Shown: positions 9,520 to 17,774 of the stretch, one piece after another
Layout of the letters: each line of letters opens with the position of its first letter
Numbering within the stretch: position 1 is the stretch's first letter
Assembly: GCA_964543505.1 (NCBI GenBank)
Contig: CAZIYQ010000002.1
Coordinates: 1-36,758, forward strand
DNA length: 36,758 bases
Reading direction: 5' to 3'
Source: an uncultured bacterium
GTDB taxonomy: Bacteria; Fidelibacterota; Marinisomatia; SCGC-AAA003-L08; JACNLC01
The notes under the pieces: model-generated
Database searches by the model: none
The model's input: only the letters and a program-made list of their open reading frames with translations
What the model was told of the DNA's origin: nothing
Translations under genes and position numbers: made by a program

Positions 9520-9675
9520 TTACAATCTACCGACTCTGTATAGGAAAAATATGATCATGGCCAACAGGATAGCATATTTCAAAGTCTTCCATATTGTTGC
9601 CTGTCTGCGATAATCCTGGCTTATCAGATGTCTCAATTTTTTTGGATTCGTACCCCATTTGTGTAATTTGCTCAT
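9520..9675 (-). CDS. candidate small tail-anchored membrane protein (51 aa), below the ORF-track size cutoff
   Basis: My translation: MSKLHKWGTNPKKLRHLISQDYRRQATIWKTLKYAILLAMIIFFLYRVGRL. It has a basic N-terminal half and one C-terminal hydrophobic helix. An AGGG sequence lies 7 nt upstream of the ATG. It fills an otherwise empty 214-nt gap, leaving 32-nt and 26-nt spacers. I recognise no homologue. Confidence 0.35.
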   Translation of the reverse strand: MSKLHKWGTNPKKLRHLISQDYRRQATIWKTLKYAILLAMIIFFLYRVGRL

Positions 9676-9707
9676 GCGTCAACCCTACTGCATTAGCATC
9701 AAAATCT

Positions 9708-10355
9708 TCAGATCGAGATTCCTGCAAAAATATATATAAATAACTTTAAAAATGGGTTCAAGAACCAGCTTAGTAAATTGATAGGCGTAAAATACCCAAG
9801 GGCAATAATGCCCAACAATATTTTAGGACCGTAGTGCTGCAGGTTGACGACCAATTGAGGGTTGTACCGGACGATCAACCCTGCAAATATCTGTGAGCCA
9901 TCCAATGGGGCGACCGGTATCATGTTAAAAACGGCCAGCATGATGTTGATCTGTACAAAATAAGCCAGGAGCTGCCCAACAGTTCCACTGAGCACCAATT
10001 GGGCATAGCTGTGATACCCGAAAACCCTTATAAGAATACCCCCTGCCAGAGCCAGCAGGAGATTTGAAGCAGGTCCCGCAAAGGCAACCTTCATCATATC
10101 CGAACGTGGATGCCGCATATTGCGCGGATTCACGGGCACCGGTTTTGCCCAGCCAAACCCGACAAAGAGGATCATTAACGCACCCATCGGGTCCAGATGT
10201 GCCATGGGATTCAGGGTCAGTCTTCCCAGGCGCGCTGCAGTATCATCCCCCACCTGATTGGCCATCCAGGCATGTGAAAATTCATGGAAACAGAGTGCAA
10301 ATAACAAAGTGGGAATTAGAAGTACCAAAACTTCTGTTGGTAATCTGAATAACAT
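9708..10355 (-). CDS. site-2 protease family (peptidase M50) membrane metalloprotease
   Basis: 215 aa, polytopic. HEFSHAW (HExxH) in TM1 and the FNMIPVAPLDG motif. The ATG abuts the xerD stop (TAGATG). Confidence 0.88.
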   Translation of the reverse strand: MLFRLPTEVLVLLIPTLLFALCFHEFSHAWMANQVGDDTAARLGRLTLNPMAHLDPMGALMILFVGFGWAKPVPVNPRNMRHPRSDMMKVAFAGPASNLLLALAGGILIRVFGYHSYAQLVLSGTVGQLLAYFVQINIMLAVFNMIPVAPLDGSQIFAGLIVRYNPQLVVNLQHYGPKILLGIIALGYFTPINLLSWFLNPFLKLFIYIFAGISI

Positions 10356-11303
10356 CTAACCTCTCGGGTGAAATTGTTTATGTGTTTCTTTTAAATACGT
10401 TTTATCTAGGTGTGTATAAATCTGCGTCGTTGTAATATCTGAATGACCAAGTAATTCCTGAACTACCCTCAGATCAGCACCGCCTTCCAGCATATGGGTC
10501 GCAAAACTATGTCGAAATGTGTGGGGGCTGACTTTTTTCCGTATCCCTGTTTTTAGAACATTGACATGAATGATATTCCAAATGGCCATGCGTGTAATGG
10601 GTTCACCCCGTAGATTCAAAAATAGAAAGCCTCTGTTATTTCCCTTTCTGGCAAGCGTAGGACGCAACTCTTCGATATACCGCATCAAACATTGAAACGC
10701 CGGTACGCCGATGGGAACAATCCTTTCCTTACGCCCCTTGCCAATGACCCTGAGCATGGCATCCTCCATGAGAATATTGGGTAGTTTTAGGCCGATTAAC
10801 TCGGATACTCGCAGTCCACAGGAATAAAGGATTTGCAGTAGTGCCAAATCCCGCAGAGCACTTTTTTTGGAGATATCAACAGCCTGAAAAATAGATTCTA
10901 TCTCCGCAATTGACAGAATATCAGGTAATTTTTTTTCCTGCCTCGGTGGCTGAAGGAAGCCCGATGGATCTTTTTTCGACAGCCCTTCATGGATAAGATA
11001 ACCATGATAGCCTCTCAGTGTGGAATAGGCTCTGCTAATACTGGAAGCCTTAAGTTCTGAAGAATTCTCACCAACTCTCAATCTCGACAAGATTTTTACA
11101 TATTCCCGGATTTGCATTAATTTTATTTCCTGAGGCCTGTTGATATTGAATACCTCGTGTAGATAGTTCGTGTAGCGACGCAGGTCATTCCAATAGGCCG
11201 TGATGGTATTAGGGGCTAAACGTCGTTCAAACTGAAGATGTAGCAGGAAGTGCTTAGCACTTTCATGCAGAGGGTTTTGGGCGAGAGTGGGTTTCCCGAT
11301 CAT
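10356..11303 (-). CDS. xerD: site-specific tyrosine recombinase XerD/XerC family
   Basis: 315 aa. N-terminal SAM-like domain plus catalytic HTFRHSFATHMLEGGADLRVVQELLGHSDITTTQIYTH. XerD versus XerC cannot be settled by eye. The ATG overlaps the upstream stop (ATGA). Confidence 0.8.
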   Translation of the reverse strand: MIGKPTLAQNPLHESAKHFLLHLQFERRLAPNTITAYWNDLRRYTNYLHEVFNINRPQEIKLMQIREYVKILSRLRVGENSSELKASSISRAYSTLRGYHGYLIHEGLSKKDPSGFLQPPRQEKKLPDILSIAEIESIFQAVDISKKSALRDLALLQILYSCGLRVSELIGLKLPNILMEDAMLRVIGKGRKERIVPIGVPAFQCLMRYIEELRPTLARKGNNRGFLFLNLRGEPITRMAIWNIIHVNVLKTGIRKKVSPHTFRHSFATHMLEGGADLRVVQELLGHSDITTTQIYTHLDKTYLKETHKQFHPRG

Positions 11304-12052
11304 GGATTTTCGGAAAAATGAATTGCTCTGGTCAAGTCATATATTCCATCAAAATTATTAAACTTTTCAAGAGCATTACCGATCACGACATATCCTGCTC
11401 CGGCTTCCACAAGACCGCTGGCAGACTGAGGACTTCTAACGCCACCACCCACCACGATGGGGATATCAAGATTTTGAGCAATCGTTTTTACTAATTCCGT
11501 ACTCGCATTTAATTCGGCACCGCTACCGGATTCCAGAAAAATGAGTTTCATGCCGAGATACTGCCCTGCCAGGGCATGTGCCAACACAATATCCGGTTTA
11601 TCCATTGGTAAGGGGTTGGTGTTGCTCATCACCTGTACAGACGATATAGAACCACCATTCAATAGGATATAACCTGTGGGAATGGTCTCCAGCCCAAGGC
11701 AGTGGATCATAGGACTGGATTGTACCTGTTCCCCAATTAAGTACTGGGGATTTCTGCCACTGATCAGTGACAAAAACAATACGGCATCCGCCAATTTTGA
11801 GAGCTGTCTTGAAGATCCCGGGAAAATGACCAGTGGGAGTGTCGTAATGGATTTAATATATTTCAGACGGTCTTCGAATCGTTCGTCCATGATAAGGCTG
11901 CCGCCCACGAGGATAGCATCAAAATCAGTCTCAACGATTAAATTAACCATCTCTCCAAGGTGGGCATCATTTTTTGTGTCGGGATCAATCAAGGCGAGTG
12001 CACAGGCACCCCGGCGAAGCCGGACTTTTTCAAGACTGGCAAAAGTAGTCAT
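11300..12052 (-). CDS. geranylgeranylglyceryl/heptaprenylglyceryl phosphate synthase family protein (GGGPS/PcrB)
   Basis: 250 aa from the ATG at 12052; the track starts one codon earlier at TTG. Family-like segments: AILVGGS, IFPGS, LIFLESGSGA, PIVVGGGVRS, YVVIGNALE. Overlaps the gcvPA stop (TGATG). Confidence 0.8.
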   Translation of the reverse strand: MTTFASLEKVRLRRGACALALIDPDTKNDAHLGEMVNLIVETDFDAILVGGSLIMDERFEDRLKYIKSITTLPLVIFPGSSRQLSKLADAVLFLSLISGRNPQYLIGEQVQSSPMIHCLGLETIPTGYILLNGGSISSVQVMSNTNPLPMDKPDIVLAHALAGQYLGMKLIFLESGSGAELNASTELVKTIAQNLDIPIVVGGGVRSPQSASGLVEAGAGYVVIGNALEKFNNFDGIYDLTRAIHFSENP

Positions 12053-13386
12053 CAAGCCTGATCCAGGAATTTTATCAAGTGCTCAATTTGTGCTCGTGTT
12101 CTTTTCTCAGTAAAAGCTAATTGTAACAGATTATCTTTTGAATCATCCACCAGTTCACCGATAAAGATGTTCTCTTTTTCAGCACGCAAAATGAAATCGT
12201 GGACAGATTTACCGTTTTCAATTTTCAGGACGAATTCATTCAAAAACTTATTGCCGAAGGGAAGTGAATATTTCCCGGACTTCAGAATTCCTGTGGCTGC
12301 ATAATGTGCTTTTTGATAACACAGTTTGGCGATTTTAGGTAAATTCTCTTTGCCCATAAGTGACATATAAATGGCTGCCCGCAAAGCCATTAATCCCTGA
12401 TTGGTGCAAATATTGGAGGTGGCATTCTCCCGGCGAATATGCTGCTCACGAGTCTGCAGTGTCAGAACAAACGCATCATTCCCATCACTGTCCAGGGTTT
12501 TGCCGCTAATTCTTCCCGGTAATTTCCGTAAGTATTTATTGGTAACGGCCAGCAGGCCAAGGTAGGGTCCGCCAAAGGACATCTCGTTGCCCAGCATCTG
12601 GCCTTCTCCGACAAACACATCCGCTCCACATTCCCCCGGTGAGGTCAGAACACTCATGCGGATGGGATCAGAAACCGCAATTAGTAATGCCTTACAATTA
12701 TCGGGTCGAATTCCTGCTGCGAGACGCCAATCTTCCAATAGACCGTAATAATTGGGTGATTGTACGACTACACAGGCTGCATCTTCAATCAGCTCTTCAG
12801 TGTCCGCGAAATCTGTAATCCCTTTGTGAACCCGCAACAGGATGATCTCTGCATCCCGATTCTGTAAATAGGTTTTTACTACTGATATAAATCTTGGATT
12901 GACAGCACCGGATATCAGTATTTTGTTTTTTCGGGTTGCTGACATTGCCAGAGAACATGCTTCTGCAAGTGCAGAACCCCCATCATACATGGAGGCATTT
13001 GCTACATCCAACCCGCTTAAGCTACAGATCATGGATTGAAATTCATACATAACCTGAAGGGTCCCCTGACTGACTTCAGCCTGATAGGGCGTATAAGCAG
13101 TATAAAACTCGGGACGACCAGCTAAAAAATCGACGGCTTTGGGAACATAATGATCATAGACTCCTCCGCCCAGAAAGCAGGCCTTTTCACCGGCTGCAGA
13201 ATTCTTATCAGCAATGAGTCGGGCTTCTGTTTCAAGCTCCCATTCGGATAATCCCGGCTGCAGACCCAATTCTCTCTGCATCCGCAGGCTCCGGGGAATA
13301 ATTTTAATTAGATCATCGAAGTTAGCGATATCCATTTCAGCAAACATCGCTTTTTCACTTTCAATTGTTGAGGGAATGAAGGGCAT
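12052..13386 (-). CDS. gcvPA: glycine dehydrogenase (aminomethyl-transferring) subunit 1
   Basis: 444 aa. Resembles the N-terminal subunit of split P-protein (FLGGGVYDHYVP, YTPYQAEVSQGTLQ). The ATG overlaps the gcvH stop (TAATG). Confidence 0.92.
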   Translation of the reverse strand: MPFIPSTIESEKAMFAEMDIANFDDLIKIIPRSLRMQRELGLQPGLSEWELETEARLIADKNSAAGEKACFLGGGVYDHYVPKAVDFLAGRPEFYTAYTPYQAEVSQGTLQVMYEFQSMICSLSGLDVANASMYDGGSALAEACSLAMSATRKNKILISGAVNPRFISVVKTYLQNRDAEIILLRVHKGITDFADTEELIEDAACVVVQSPNYYGLLEDWRLAAGIRPDNCKALLIAVSDPIRMSVLTSPGECGADVFVGEGQMLGNEMSFGGPYLGLLAVTNKYLRKLPGRISGKTLDSDGNDAFVLTLQTREQHIRRENATSNICTNQGLMALRAAIYMSLMGKENLPKIAKLCYQKAHYAATGILKSGKYSLPFGNKFLNEFVLKIENGKSVHDFILRAEKENIFIGELVDDSKDNLLQLAFTEKRTRAQIEHLIKFLDQA

Positions 13387-13763
13387 TAGCTGATATGCTT
13401 TTTATACGCTTCTGCATCCATCAAATTGGATAATTCAGTGGTACCTACAGCTTTAATCCTGGCAATCCAACCGGTTTTATAGGGATCTTTATTGACAGAC
13501 TCCGGAGAATCTTCAAGAGATGTATTCACTTCGAGAATTTCTCCCGATACAGGTGCGAAAAGATCAGCCACCGTTTTAACCGCTTCGATGGTACCAAAAG
13601 TATCCCCTGCATTTACCGTATCCCCTACTTCCGGGAATTCGACAAATATCACATCTCCCAGTTCTCCCTGGGCATAATCAGTTATCCCAACCGTCACGAT
13701 ATCATCAATTACTTCAGCCCATTCATGATCTTCAGTATATTTTAATTCCATTGGTACATTCAT
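13386..13763 (-). CDS. gcvH: glycine cleavage system H protein
   Basis: 125 aa. LKYTEDHEW N-terminus and lipoyl-lysine context IEAVKTVADLFAPVSGEI. Confidence 0.95.
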   Translation of the reverse strand: MNVPMELKYTEDHEWAEVIDDIVTVGITDYAQGELGDVIFVEFPEVGDTVNAGDTFGTIEAVKTVADLFAPVSGEILEVNTSLEDSPESVNKDPYKTGWIARIKAVGTTELSNLMDAEAYKKHIS

Positions 13764-13765
13764 AC

Positions 13766-15121
13766 TTATTCCTTATCTGCTTCGAATTTGAAATTATCTA
13801 AAAATCCGGTGTGAATATCACCGGCACGAAAATCTTTATCTCTAAAAAGTTGTTTATGGAAGGGAATGATTGTCTTGACACCTTCGATGACGCATTCATC
13901 GAGGGCCACTTCCATACGATTCAATGCTTCCTCTCTGGTGGGTGAATGCACAATCAGTTTTGCGATCATGGAATCATAAAAGGGTGGTACATAATAACCA
14001 GAATAGGCGTGTGTATCAACTCTGACCCCCATGCCTCCGGGCATGTGAAAAGCTGTTATCAAACCGGGCGAGGGCCTAAAATTATGAACTGGATCTTCGG
14101 CGTTAATACGGCATTCTATAGCATGCCCGCGAAGTTTAATATTTTTCATCCACTCGGGCAAGGGCTCCCCTGCATGACATAAAATCTGGTATTTCACAAG
14201 ATCAAGCCCTACCACCATTTCAGTGATGGGATGTTCGACTTGTATGCGGGTATTCATCTCCATGAAATAATAATCTCCGTTGGCATCCAGCAAAAATTCG
14301 ATTGTCCCTGCACCCACATAATCGGCAACTTTTGCACCGGCAATTGCCGCTTTATATAACCTTGCTCTTATTTCCGGTGTTACAGCAGGCGACGGTGATT
14401 CTTCCACCAATTTCTGATGCCGGCGTTGAATAGAGCATTCCCTCTCCCCAAGTGCAAGCACATTGCCGAAGGTATCAGCCAGGATCTGCACTTCAATATG
14501 TCTTGGTTTGAGGATGAATTTCTCCAGATACATGTCAGAATTACCAAATGCTGTGCGGGCCTCAGCTTGAGCCATGTTAATGGCTGTCTCCATTTCCGCC
14601 GGACCTTCCACAATGCGCATCCCTCTGCCGCCGCCACCTGCGGAGGCTTTAAGGATTACCGGATAACCGATGCTATTTGCAATAGTGATGGCTTCATCGG
14701 CCGTTTGAACGACACCATCAGAACCCGGGACTACCGGTACATTGACTGATTTCATTGTACTTTTTGCACGAGCTTTGTCGCCAATGGCCTCGATGGTTTC
14801 CGGCGGAGGCCCAATGAAGGCAATGTCGTTATCTCTGCAGATACTTGAAAATTCGGCATTTTCCGATAAAAATCCGTATCCGGGGTGGATCGCATCGGCA
14901 TTGGTGAGTTCAGCGGCTGCGATGATAGATGGTATATTCAAGTAACTCTTGCTGGAATCGGGAGGGCCGATGCAAATAGCTTCATTTGCAAATCTCACAT
15001 GTAATGAGAGTTCATCCGCCTGCGAATATACAGCCACCGTCTGAACACCGAGTTCCCTGCAGGCTCTTATGATCCGCAGTGCAATTTCGCCGCGATTGGC
15101 GATCAGTATTTTTTTATACAT
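13766..15121 (-). CDS. accC: acetyl-CoA carboxylase biotin carboxylase subunit
   Basis: 451 aa. [17 protein letters not shown], the ATP-grasp region [10 protein letters not shown] and [13 protein letters not shown]. Confidence 0.96.
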   Translation of the reverse strand: MYKKILIANRGEIALRIIRACRELGVQTVAVYSQADELSLHVRFANEAICIGPPDSSKSYLNIPSIIAAAELTNADAIHPGYGFLSENAEFSSICRDNDIAFIGPPPETIEAIGDKARAKSTMKSVNVPVVPGSDGVVQTADEAITIANSIGYPVILKASAGGGGRGMRIVEGPAEMETAINMAQAEARTAFGNSDMYLEKFILKPRHIEVQILADTFGNVLALGERECSIQRRHQKLVEESPSPAVTPEIRARLYKAAIAGAKVADYVGAGTIEFLLDANGDYYFMEMNTRIQVEHPITEMVVGLDLVKYQILCHAGEPLPEWMKNIKLRGHAIECRINAEDPVHNFRPSPGLITAFHMPGGMGVRVDTHAYSGYYVPPFYDSMIAKLIVHSPTREEALNRMEVALDECVIEGVKTIIPFHKQLFRDKDFRAGDIHTGFLDNFKFEADKE

Positions 15122-15123
15122 TT

Positions 15124-15600
15124 TTAGACAGGTTCAATGATCATCAGTGTCTGTCCGTATTCCACCGGCGCTTCGTTGCCCAGCTGGATTTTGACGACTT
15201 TTCCAGCAACTTCAGATTCGATTTCATTGAAGATTTTCATGGCTTCAATAAGGCATACGGTTTGCCCGACGGTGATGTTATCACCAACTTTCACAAATGG
15301 TGGAGCGCCAGGTTTTGGAGATGAATAATAAGTACCGACCAAGGGAGCTTTGATGAATTGTTGTTCTGTTTCAGAATCAGTAGGTTCACTTGGGACTTCT
15401 GTAGTTACTGATGGTATTGTTCGCGGTGCAGCGGGCTGGGAGGGCGGCAGATTATTCTGCAATTGTACAGGAGGTGCCACGTGATTCAGTCTCGTAATCC
15501 GTATTTTGTTTGAATCCTTATCAGAAGTTATCTCGATCTCAGTAATATTGGTGCCTTCAATGAGATCGATGATCTCCCTTAATTTAGATTTTGGAATCAT
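15124..15600 (-). CDS. accB: acetyl-CoA carboxylase biotin carboxyl carrier protein
   Basis: Trimmed to the internal ATG at 15600 (158 aa, [16 protein letters not shown]...), because the 210-aa track model overlaps efp by about 150 nt. Has a Pro/Ala-rich linker and the biotinylation motif [10 protein letters not shown]. Confidence 0.9.
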   Translation of the reverse strand: MIPKSKLREIIDLIEGTNITEIEITSDKDSNKIRITRLNHVAPPVQLQNNLPPSQPAAPRTIPSVTTEVPSEPTDSETEQQFIKAPLVGTYYSSPKPGAPPFVKVGDNITVGQTVCLIEAMKIFNEIESEVAGKVVKIQLGNEAPVEYGQTLMIIEPV

Positions 15601-15607
15601 GATTGGC

Positions 15608-16171
15608 CTATTCTTTGACGCGTTCGATATAGCGACGGTCTTTTGTGTCAACGCGAATAATTTCGCCTTCCTGTATAAACAGTGGAACCTGCAAAACAAC
15701 ACCCGTTTCGAGTTCGGCAGGTTTTGTACCACCTTGGGCGGTATTCCCTCTTTCACCTGGATCAGTTTTGACGATGCGTAAGTTCATATGCTGAGGAATA
15801 CGTACTTCTACAGGGTCATTGCCATTGAAGGCGATTGTAGTTTTGGTGTTTTCGATTAGAAAGTCGGTCACATCTTCAAGCTGTTCTTTTACCAATGAGA
15901 TTTGTTCGAAAGACTCTACATCCATAAAATAATATTGTTCACCACCATTGTAAAGATAGTTATAATCTCTTGCTTCCAACCGGATCACATTAATTTTTTC
16001 TCCGGCCCGGAATGTTTCCTCGACAACTTGACCTGTCTTTACGTTTTTCAGTTTAGTGCGAACAAAGGCGGGACCTTTGCCGGGTTTCACATGCAGAAAT
16101 TCGACAATTTTCCATAACCCGTGTTTGCGATCCATCACCAATCCATTCCTGAAATCTGAAGTATCTGCCAT
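15608..16171 (-). CDS. efp: translation elongation factor P
   Basis: 187 aa. FRNGLVM...VEFLHVKPGKGPAFVRTKLKNV, typical of EF-P. AAGGAA lies 7 nt upstream of the ATG. Confidence 0.96.
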   Translation of the reverse strand: MADTSDFRNGLVMDRKHGLWKIVEFLHVKPGKGPAFVRTKLKNVKTGQVVEETFRAGEKINVIRLEARDYNYLYNGGEQYYFMDVESFEQISLVKEQLEDVTDFLIENTKTTIAFNGNDPVEVRIPQHMNLRIVKTDPGERGNTAQGGTKPAELETGVVLQVPLFIQEGEIIRVDTKDRRYIERVKE

Positions 16172-16549
16172 AAATATTCCTTGTATTTCTAATTAAAAAA
16201 AAGTTGATTAATTTACAGGTGACGTTCTATCGGAAACAACTAAGAGAAACATTCCTGATTCTCTCATTACCGGGTCGATAACAATCATTTCTCTCCTTGA
16301 AGTTCTAAAAGTTTGTCTGTGGCCATACACCTTAACTTGGTTCCTTTAATATCTTTAAATGTAACTAAACTATTACTGAAAGCAAGATCAACGATCAATT
16401 TAGAAGACTGTAATTATAATATTTAAAAAGAGATGAACCGATAATTAACAAACAAGAGTAATGTTCTAATTTTTGACCAAATTCAAAAACCAATTCAATT
16501 CTCCAGTAAGAAATCGGGGCTTTGTAATTGCTTGTTCCGGCAGCGGGCA
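16172..16549. other. largest non-coding spacer in the window (378 nt, very AT-rich); likely boundary between the hutUI unit and the efp-led string
   Basis: No ORF of 60 aa or more on either strand. Contains a TATAAT hexamer (minus strand, 16418..16413), a 6-bp hairpin AGAGAA-N10-TTCTCT (16243..16264) and an SD-led 26-aa ORF (16208..16288). I see no tRNA, RNase P, SRP or tmRNA signatures. Confidence 0.5.
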
Positions 16550-17752
16550 TTAACTTTCTATCAATTCACCTTTCTTCATTACCGAGAGAATCCTGTCACT
16601 GCCAAACCAATAGGGTATTTCGATAATAGATCGCATATCCCAAAAGATCAAATCAGCCTGGTAATTCTCAAGTATCGCACCGCAACTGGTTTCAAGACCG
16701 ATGACTTTTGCAGCATTGTAAGTGACCGCCTTAAATGTCTCTTCGATCGTCATGCCACAATATAGGGTTGCCAGCGACATCACAATGGGAATATTGGAAA
16801 GCGTGCTTGAACCAGGATTAAAATCTGTGGCGAGTGCAACTTCGATGCCATTATCGATAAATTTTCGACCCGCGGCATATTGTGTCTTGCCAAGGAACAA
16901 GGTTGTACCAGGCAGCAGGGTTGCCATCACATTGGCTTTGGCCATAGCTTCAATACCTTTTACACTGACAGCCATGAGATGGTCGGCAGAGACGGCATTG
17001 AGTTCGGCTGCAAGTTCGGCTGCCCCTGAATCCGAAAATTCGTCAGCATGCAGCCTGGGCTGAATTTCGTGCTCCAGAGCAGTCTGTAGGATTCGGCGGG
17101 AATCATCCACGGAAAAATAGCCATTCTCACAAAATACATCACAATATTTGGCCAGCTCTGCCTCTGCAACTGCGGGGATCATCTCATTACAGATCAGATC
17201 CACGTACCCTTTGTGATGATCTTTATATTCGGGTGGAAATGCATGAGCTCCCAGAAAGGTCGGGATCACATCCATCGGGGATTCATCATTGAGTCGTTTG
17301 ATGACCCGTAACATTTTTAACTCATTTTCCAGATCAAGCCCATAGCCGGATTTGGCTTCTATGGTGGTTGTGCCATGATAAAGAAAATTGTCCAAACGCC
17401 GCAGACTCTTATCAAATAAAACTTCTTCCGATGCGTTTCGTACACCCGTGATTGAGGCGATGATACCGCCACCGGCATCTGCAATTTCGTTATAGCTCCT
17501 ACCCCGAACCCGCATTTCAAACTCATTGGCTCGGCCATTTAAGAATACCGGATGGGTGTGAGGGTCAATAAAACCCGGTGTGATCAGCGATCCATCGGCA
17601 TTGATCTCTTCTTCTGCACCTGAAACATGTGGAGCAATTTCTCGAATTATCCCAGCGTCAATCAATAATTCCATTCCGGTTAAGATAATAACCTTTTGTT
17701 CTTTGACCGACCATGTTGCCAGTGAACCTATATTTGTAATTTTGGTGATCAT
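16550..17752 (-). CDS. hutI: imidazolonepropionase
   Basis: 400 aa amidohydrolase. PGFIDPHTHPVF metal-binding start and the DFNPGSS motif. Confidence 0.93.
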   Translation of the reverse strand: MITKITNIGSLATWSVKEQKVIILTGMELLIDAGIIREIAPHVSGAEEEINADGSLITPGFIDPHTHPVFLNGRANEFEMRVRGRSYNEIADAGGGIIASITGVRNASEEVLFDKSLRRLDNFLYHGTTTIEAKSGYGLDLENELKMLRVIKRLNDESPMDVIPTFLGAHAFPPEYKDHHKGYVDLICNEMIPAVAEAELAKYCDVFCENGYFSVDDSRRILQTALEHEIQPRLHADEFSDSGAAELAAELNAVSADHLMAVSVKGIEAMAKANVMATLLPGTTLFLGKTQYAAGRKFIDNGIEVALATDFNPGSSTLSNIPIVMSLATLYCGMTIEETFKAVTYNAAKVIGLETSCGAILENYQADLIFWDMRSIIEIPYWFGSDRILSVMKKGELIES

Positions 17753-17774
17753 TCTATTTACTGGTTATGGCTAC

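Noticed and set aside
9527-9727. 66-aa minus-strand ORF from the track in the M50/ftcD spacer
   Set aside because: It starts at TTG, 20 nt inside the M50 gene, and has no SD. It is acidic and featureless. It is mutually exclusive with the better-organised 51-aa ORF (9520..9675) in another frame.
10356-11303. Tyrosine recombinase as a possible marker of an integrated mobile element or island
   Set aside because: The sequence is XerC/XerD-like. It is translationally coupled on both sides to housekeeping genes (ATGA and TAGATG junctions). There is no flanking tRNA, no direct repeats, no compositional shift and no cargo genes.
15601-15756. N-terminal 52 codons of the 210-aa track model for accB
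   Set aside because: It overlaps the 3' end of efp by about 150 nt in another frame. The internal ATG at 15600 gives a normal-length BCCP with the canonical N-terminal domain.
16172-16549. Possible structured RNA gene (tRNA, RNase P, SRP, tmRNA, 6S or riboswitch) in the 378-nt spacer
   Set aside because: I found no cloverleaf-compatible arms and no conserved RNase P, SRP or tmRNA signature sequences. The region is too AT-rich for stable long-range helices. A covariance-model scan is still needed to exclude this formally.
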